Below are positions 58,668-64,000 of a DNA stretch of 64,000 nt, in pieces. The notes below the pieces were generated by a model. It was not told where the DNA came from. It ran no database searches and was given only the letters and a program-made list of their open reading frames with translations. The translations under genes and the position numbers were made by a program. The first letter of the stretch is position 1. Every line of letters begins with the position of its first letter. Origin of the DNA: a bacterium (GTDB lineage Bacteria > Patescibacteriota > Minisyncoccia > UBA6257 > 2-01-FULL-56-20); the NCBI GenBank assembly GCA_021780195.1, contig JAJXZE010000004.1:1584-65583 (forward strand). The letters are read 5' to 3'.

Positions 58668-59159
58668 CTATGTGGGGCAAATCGAACCGCCCCCGAAAAA
58701 TCCCCCCACGCCGGTGATCCCGATCGCCTGAACGAACGTGTTGATGATGAGATATGATCCGAGAATGAGCGCGATCCCGATCACGGTTCCCGTAAGAAGT
58801 TTTTTCGCTTTACTGAGCATTTCAGGATTCGGACCGGCGAGCATGATCATCACTCCGCCCGCCACCGCGAAAATCGGCGCAAGTGCGAAAATGCAGATCG
58901 TCATCGCAAAATAGATGATGTTGATCGCGGTCTTCACGAGATCGCAAAGATTGGTGCAGGTAGTTCCCGGATGCGGCTGTGGCACCCCGCTCGCGTCAAA
59001 AGTATACGGATTCCCCGTGCACGAGAGCAATCCTCCCTGGCCCCAATAGCCGGTCGGCCACAGCTGCGGCTGGGTCCACGTGGAAGCGGCGAGCGCCGGT
59101 GCATAGGGGACAAGAAGCGCCGCGGCCGCGAGTAACGCGAGGATTATTTTTTTGGTCAT
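58668..59159 (-). CDS. TrbC/VirB2-like pilin
   Basis: Signal peptide, C...C..CDL, two TM helices around MLAGPNPEM..KAKK.L...VIG. Confidence 0.78.
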   Translation of the reverse strand: MTKKIILALLAAAALLVPYAPALAASTWTQPQLWPTGYWGQGGLLSCTGNPYTFDASGVPQPHPGTTCTNLCDLVKTAINIIYFAMTICIFALAPIFAVAGGVMIMLAGPNPEMLSKAKKLLTGTVIGIALILGSYLIINTFVQAIGITGVGGFFGGGSICPT

Positions 59160-60457
59160 TGGGCTGATAGATAGAGTGCGGTGATCGATGACTGGGCGAT
59201 TCCGAGCGCGGTCGCGGGATCGGTCGCGCCGCTCGCGGCGCTCCGGATCGCGGCGTCGAACGCGGCCTGCACCTTCGCATCGTCCGGTTCGTGCCACGAC
59301 TTCGACGTCAGGGCCTGCGAGGCGAAGACCGCAAGATTCGGATCCGTGAGATCGGCCGCGATGTCCGTCCGAAGGGCCGGCGGCTTTCCGGAGGCCTCTT
59401 GATATATTGTCCCGTTCCCCGGCGTCGTCGTCAAATAGAGGATGAAACTCCAGGCGGCCGAGACCTGTCCGGCCTTCGCGGCGACAAAGCCGTCGTACTT
59501 CGGATAATTCACCGCGACCGTCGCGCCCGTCGCCTGCGGCATCGGCGCCACCCCGAAGTTCAAGAAGGGCGCCTTCGCTTTGATGGCCGCGAGATCCGCC
59601 TGATAGGCGAAGATAACCGCCACCTTCCCGGCGACGAAATCCGCCGTGGAATCCCCCATGCCGTCGCTCCAGGTGTAATACGGCGAACCGGCATTCGCAA
59701 ACTGGAGATAGAAATTGAACGCGGCAATGCCGGGGGCGGCGTTCGCGGTCGACGCGAAGGTCGCCGCCGTGACCGCGTCGTTCGTCATCGGGGTCCCGTT
59801 CTGGAGCATGAGAAGCGAGAGCAGGTCCGGCGCGTTTGCGATGCTCGCGGTCGATCCGCCGATCGCGGCGGCGGCCTGCGTGAGCTGGCCCTGCGCATTC
59901 ACCTGCCGGAGCTTCGCGATGTCGGCGTCGAACCCATCCCACGTCTTCGGCGGCACCGCAATCCCCGCCGAATTGAAAAGGTCCTTGTTATACACCATTG
60001 CGAGCGTATCGATCGAAAGAGGGAGCCCGTAGATGGAGCTCGTCCCCGCCGAGAAATCCTGCGCCACGACGTCGGGAAAATCGTTCTGCAGGGTCAGCAT
60101 GTTGAAGTTCGCGGCGTAGGCCGCGGGGAGCGGCGCGAGGACCGCCTGCATTTTCGGAAGGTCGCGGTTGCTCATCTCGAACACGTCCGGCCCCGTTCCC
60201 GCCGCGAGCGCGGAAAGAAGATCGGCGTCGTAGGTCGCGGGGTCTTTCTGGACGTAGGTCACCGTCGCATACGGGAACGCGGAGAAGATATTCTTGAAAT
60301 TATTCGCATCCTCCGTCCCCCACACGGTGAGCTTGATCGACGACTGGTTCGTGGCCGCCGGCCGGAGATTCATAAAGATGAGCGCGCCGATCACGACGAC
60401 GAGCACGACGCCCGCAATGATGATCACGGCCTGTTTCTTCGATAACGTGGTAGGCAT
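59156..60457 (-). CDS. Extracellular solute-binding protein (sugar-binding family 1)
   Basis: TM anchor, LTVWG, AAG.GPDV, YGLPL.IDTL...YNKDLF..AGI..PP.TW. Confidence 0.85.
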   Translation of the reverse strand: MPTTLSKKQAVIIIAGVVLVVVIGALIFMNLRPAATNQSSIKLTVWGTEDANNFKNIFSAFPYATVTYVQKDPATYDADLLSALAAGTGPDVFEMSNRDLPKMQAVLAPLPAAYAANFNMLTLQNDFPDVVAQDFSAGTSSIYGLPLSIDTLAMVYNKDLFNSAGIAVPPKTWDGFDADIAKLRQVNAQGQLTQAAAAIGGSTASIANAPDLLSLLMLQNGTPMTNDAVTAATFASTANAAPGIAAFNFYLQFANAGSPYYTWSDGMGDSTADFVAGKVAVIFAYQADLAAIKAKAPFLNFGVAPMPQATGATVAVNYPKYDGFVAAKAGQVSAAWSFILYLTTTPGNGTIYQEASGKPPALRTDIAADLTDPNLAVFASQALTSKSWHEPDDAKVQAAFDAAIRSAASGATDPATALGIAQSSITALYLSAQ

Positions 60458-60460
60458 GGA

Positions 60461-62896
60461 CTATATCACCACCGTTCCCGCCAGCCGGTCGCCCGGCTTG
60501 AGATTCATGATGCGCACGCCCTGCGCCGAGCGGCCCGTCGTGCGGACCGTTTCGATCTCCGTGCGGATCATCTGCCCCTTCGCGGAGAGCGCGAAGATCT
60601 CCTTCTCCTCCGTCACCACGTGTGCCGAGACCAGCGGCCCCGTCTTCGCGGTGATCTCCGCCGTCTTGATGCCGGATCCGCCGCGGCTCTGCTTCTTGTA
60701 TTCTTTGAGCGGCGTCTGCTTGGCGAATCCGTGTTCCATGACGGCGAGCAATTTCGCGTCCCCCTCTCCCACTATTATATCAAAGCCCGCCACCTCGTCG
60801 TTCTGTTTCTTGAGCTTGATCGCGCGCACGCCCGCCGCGCCGCGGCCCATCGGCCGCACCTGCTTCTCGTCGAAGCGGATCGACTGCCCCTCGCGCGTCG
60901 CGAGCATTACCTGCTCCGTGCCGCTCGTGAGCTTGGCCCACTTGAGCTGGTCGCCTTTCTTGAGCGAGATCGCAATGATGCCCGTCCGGCGGATGTTCGC
61001 GAAGTCGCCGATCAGCGTCTTCTTGATCATCCCCTTCTTCGTCGCGAGCATCAGGTATTTCTTGCCGCCCTTCGCGGAATCCTTCTCCGAATAGTTCACG
61101 ATCGCGCTCACCGTTTCGTCCGACGGGAGCTCAAGGAAGTTCTGGATCGCGCGGCCCTTCGAGGTGCGCGTCGCCTGCGGGATCTCGTACACCTTCGTCT
61201 GGAACACGCGGCCGCGGTTCGTGAAGAAGAGCACGTTGTCGTGCGTCTCCGCGCTGAAGAAGTGCGAAAGGAAATCCTCGTCCGCAACCTCGGAGCCGAT
61301 GAGTCCCTTGCCGCCGCGCTTCTGCACCTTGAAGGTGTCCGGTGGAAGACGCTTGATGTAGCCGCCGCCCGACACCGTGACGATCGCGCCCTCGTTCGGG
61401 ATCAGGTCCTCGTCCGCCACCGCCGCGGGCGCGTGCGCGACGACGCGCGTCCGGCGCTCATCGCCGTATTTCTCGCCGAGCTCCTTCACTTCGTCCTTGA
61501 TGATCTTCAATATCTTTGCCGGACTCTTGAGGATGAGCCGCAGTTCCTCGATCAGGGCCTTCTTCTCTTTGAGTTCCGCCTCGATCTTTTCGCGCTCGAG
61601 CGCGGCCAAGGTCTGGAGGCGCATCTCGAGGATCGCCGTCGCCTGGACGTCGGAGAATTTGAAGCCCCGCACCAGGTTCACGTGCGCGTCGTCCTTGTCC
61701 TTCGACTTCTTGATCGTCGCGATCACGCGGTCGATCGCGTCGAGCGCCTTCGCGAGCCCCTCGAGGATGTGCGCGCGCTCCTCCGCTTTCCGGAGGTCGA
61801 ACTGCGTGCGGCGGCGGACCACTTCCTTCCGGTGCGCCAGATACTCTTCGAGGACGTCCCTCAGGGTGAGGAGGCGCGGCACGAGGCCGTTTTCGACGAG
61901 CGCGATCATGTTCATGTTGAAATTCTTTTCGAGGTCCGTGTGCCGGTAGAGCCAGTTCAGCACCCGCTGGGGCGCAACGTCGTTCTTGAGCTCGACCACG
62001 ATGCGCATGCCTTCGCGGTCCGATTCGTCGCGCAGGTCGCGGATGCCCTCGATCTTCTTCTCCTGAGCAAGCTCGGCGATCGTCTTGATGAGCTCCGCCT
62101 TGTTCACCTGGTACGGGATCTCCGTGACCACGATGTCGAACTGCTTCCCTCCCTTCTTCTCCACGATCTCCGCCTTCGCGCGCGTGAGGATCGCGCCGCG
62201 GCCCGTGACGTACGCTTCCTTGATCACCTTCGCGTCGTAGATGATCCCGCCCGTCGGGAAATCGGGGCCCTTCACGAACTCGGCGAGGTCCTCACTGGTC
62301 GCGTCCGGATTATCCGCAAGGTGGAGAATGGCGGCCGTGAGCTCCGTCAGGTTGTGCGTCGGAATGGAGGTCGCCATGCCGACCGCGATCCCGATCGCGC
62401 CGTTCAGGAGGAGGTTCGGGAGCTTGGCGGGGAGCACCTTCGGTTCCTCGCGGGTCGCGTCGTAGTTCGGCATCCAGTCGACCGTCTCTTTCTCGATATC
62501 GCGGAGCATCTCCTCCGCAATCTTCGAAAGCTTCGCCTCGGTGTACCGGTACGCCGCCGGCGAGTCGCCGTCGACCGAACCGAAGTTGCCCTGCCCCTGC
62601 ACCAGTTCGTAGCGGAGCGAGAAGTTCTGCGCCATGCGCACCATGGCGTCGTAGACCGACTGGTCGCCGTGCGGGTGGTAGCGGGCCAAGACCTGACCGA
62701 TCACGTTCGCCGATTTACGGAATTTCGAGGATGCCGTGAGTCCGCTGTCCCACATGTCCCAGAGGATGCGGCGGTGCACCGGCTTCATGCCGTCGCGGAC
62801 GTCGGGGAGCGCGCGGGCAACGATCGTCGAAATCGCGTAGTCAAGATACGCTTCGCCGAGTTCTTTGGTGATCTCTCTTTTTTCAGGGATAGGCAT
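60461..62896 (-). CDS. gyrA: DNA gyrase subunit A
   Basis: RALPDVRDG.KPVHRR, YHPHGD, GQGNFGS.DGD.PAA.RYTE, GyrA box QKRGGKG, beta-pinwheel repeats. Confidence 0.96.
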   Translation of the reverse strand: MPIPEKREITKELGEAYLDYAISTIVARALPDVRDGMKPVHRRILWDMWDSGLTASSKFRKSANVIGQVLARYHPHGDQSVYDAMVRMAQNFSLRYELVQGQGNFGSVDGDSPAAYRYTEAKLSKIAEEMLRDIEKETVDWMPNYDATREEPKVLPAKLPNLLLNGAIGIAVGMATSIPTHNLTELTAAILHLADNPDATSEDLAEFVKGPDFPTGGIIYDAKVIKEAYVTGRGAILTRAKAEIVEKKGGKQFDIVVTEIPYQVNKAELIKTIAELAQEKKIEGIRDLRDESDREGMRIVVELKNDVAPQRVLNWLYRHTDLEKNFNMNMIALVENGLVPRLLTLRDVLEEYLAHRKEVVRRRTQFDLRKAEERAHILEGLAKALDAIDRVIATIKKSKDKDDAHVNLVRGFKFSDVQATAILEMRLQTLAALEREKIEAELKEKKALIEELRLILKSPAKILKIIKDEVKELGEKYGDERRTRVVAHAPAAVADEDLIPNEGAIVTVSGGGYIKRLPPDTFKVQKRGGKGLIGSEVADEDFLSHFFSAETHDNVLFFTNRGRVFQTKVYEIPQATRTSKGRAIQNFLELPSDETVSAIVNYSEKDSAKGGKKYLMLATKKGMIKKTLIGDFANIRRTGIIAISLKKGDQLKWAKLTSGTEQVMLATREGQSIRFDEKQVRPMGRGAAGVRAIKLKKQNDEVAGFDIIVGEGDAKLLAVMEHGFAKQTPLKEYKKQSRGGSGIKTAEITAKTGPLVSAHVVTEEKEIFALSAKGQMIRTEIETVRTTGRSAQGVRIMNLKPGDRLAGTVVI

Positions 62897-62928
62897 GAAA
62901 TGTAGTTGCGGCGGCCATCATGGCGGCG

Positions 62929-63381
62929 CTATGGCGTCGGTTTCACTATATATTGCCGCGGCGATTGGAAGATTCCCGCGAACCAGCGGGCGAAACCAAC
63001 AACTCTCTCGCCGAGACCCGCGGTGCCCGCCTTGAAGCGCGCCCAGAAACCGGGACCCTCCGGAGCGGCCGCGGTCGTGCTGAGCGCGGGTATGGGTACG
63101 CTCGAGGGTGCGGGTGCAGGTTCCGCCGCGGCCGGGGCGGCGTTCGGCACGGCGCCCGACGCCGTGCCCGCATCGGCCGCACCGGCTATACCGGTCGCGC
63201 TTCCCGCGCCCGGATCTTGCACGGCCGTCATCTGCGGCACGCTTGCGATAATGCCGTTGAAATACATGAGCCAGAGATAGAATACCACCGCCATGATCAC
63301 TGCCGCGGACACGATGAGCACTTTTGTTTTCGTGCCCTCATCGAGCGTTTGAAGCATTCCGAAAAATCCTTTGATATCCAT
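62929..63381 (-). CDS. Hypothetical membrane protein
   Basis: One TM helix, Ala/Pro-rich linker, amphipathic C-terminus. Confidence 0.6.
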   Translation of the reverse strand: MDIKGFFGMLQTLDEGTKTKVLIVSAAVIMAVVFYLWLMYFNGIIASVPQMTAVQDPGAGSATGIAGAADAGTASGAVPNAAPAAAEPAPAPSSVPIPALSTTAAAPEGPGFWARFKAGTAGLGERVVGFARWFAGIFQSPRQYIVKPTP

Positions 63382-63400
63382 GTCGGTTTCAGTTTTGGCC

Positions 63401-63979
63401 TCAGTTCTGCGCCGCAAGCACGACGACGCGGCCCTTGTCGGTGATGATATCCTTCTGTTTGAAAACGAATTTGTCCGCGGTCTCCGCTTTTTTCCCGAGC
63501 GCCTTCAGAAATTCCTCAGGATCCTTGAAGAGCGAAGGGATCACGACCCGCGCCTCGAGCTGTTTCGCGATCTTCGCCGCGACTTCCGGTTCTAGATAGT
63601 GCCCTCCGCCGACGGGGATGAACAGCAGGTCCGGCTCCGCGAATTCCTCCATGAGCGAGGCATCCATGGGCTTTGAGAGATGGCCGAGAAACACGAACTT
63701 CATCCCTTCCCACAAGACCGCGTACGCGGTCTTCAAAAACTTCTCCGTCGATTCCGCGGCGACGGCACGCCCTGCAACCTCGATTCCTTTCACTTCGTAT
63801 TCGCCCGCGAACGCGACAAGCGCCGCGTCATCGCCGTCGCCCGCGGCGGCGCCCTCGGTTGCGGTCAGGGTCTTTAAAGTGAGATCCGCTTTCAGCCGGT
63901 GGTTCTCCGGATCAACCAAAATCGAGGTCTCGCCGCTTTGCAATCGAAAGCAGCCGTTCCCGAAATAATTGACGATCAT
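63401..63979 (-). CDS. MBL-fold protein (Lactamase_B_3-like), degenerate
   Basis: YFG..CF.L, LVDP, GEYEVKG, FLGHL, DLLFIPVGG, A.VVIP; no HxHxDH motif. Confidence 0.75.
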   Translation of the reverse strand: MIVNYFGNGCFRLQSGETSILVDPENHRLKADLTLKTLTATEGAAAGDGDDAALVAFAGEYEVKGIEVAGRAVAAESTEKFLKTAYAVLWEGMKFVFLGHLSKPMDASLMEEFAEPDLLFIPVGGGHYLEPEVAAKIAKQLEARVVIPSLFKDPEEFLKALGKKAETADKFVFKQKDIITDKGRVVVLAAQN

Positions 63980-64000
63980 ATGGACTGATTTTATCAAAAA

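Overview
High-GC bacterial chromosome segment, code 11. Gene content points to Patescibacteria/CPR, probably Parcubacteria (inference): a secretin-less type IV pilus cluster, a tandem array of TrbC/VirB2-like pilins, a large Thr/Ser-rich S-layer-like protein and a minimal housekeeping set. Genes: murD, gatCA, ligA, pilMNO-B-T-C-A-D plus minor pilins, comF, a two-component pair, an ECF sigma cassette, hup, galU-like, clpB, htrA, iscS, ftsK, recA, pnp, rpsO, a Xer recombinase and gyrA. Four tRNAs (Asp, Arg, Gly, Leu), one degenerate tRNA-like element and two lower-GC inserts (an AAA+ ATPase; an SPFH/membrane cluster). No CRISPR, rRNA or transposase seen. The most unusual signals are at DNA/RNA level. 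(1) A winged-HTH gene upstream of the S-layer gene has 14 exact TTGCCGG repeats, two in its promoter spacer and 12 in its coding region. (2) Two long hairpins downstream of different tRNAs have unrelated stems but an identical 18-nt apex. (3) A leader-peptide/attenuator-like unit precedes the tRNA-like element. (4) A TAnnnT-N6/7-start leaderless pattern precedes at least 17 genes, while an AAAGGTCG motif marks leaders of abundant-protein genes. (5) A pilin is fused to an M15-like zinc peptidase motif. All calls come from reading the sequence and ORF translations by eye; no database searches were run.
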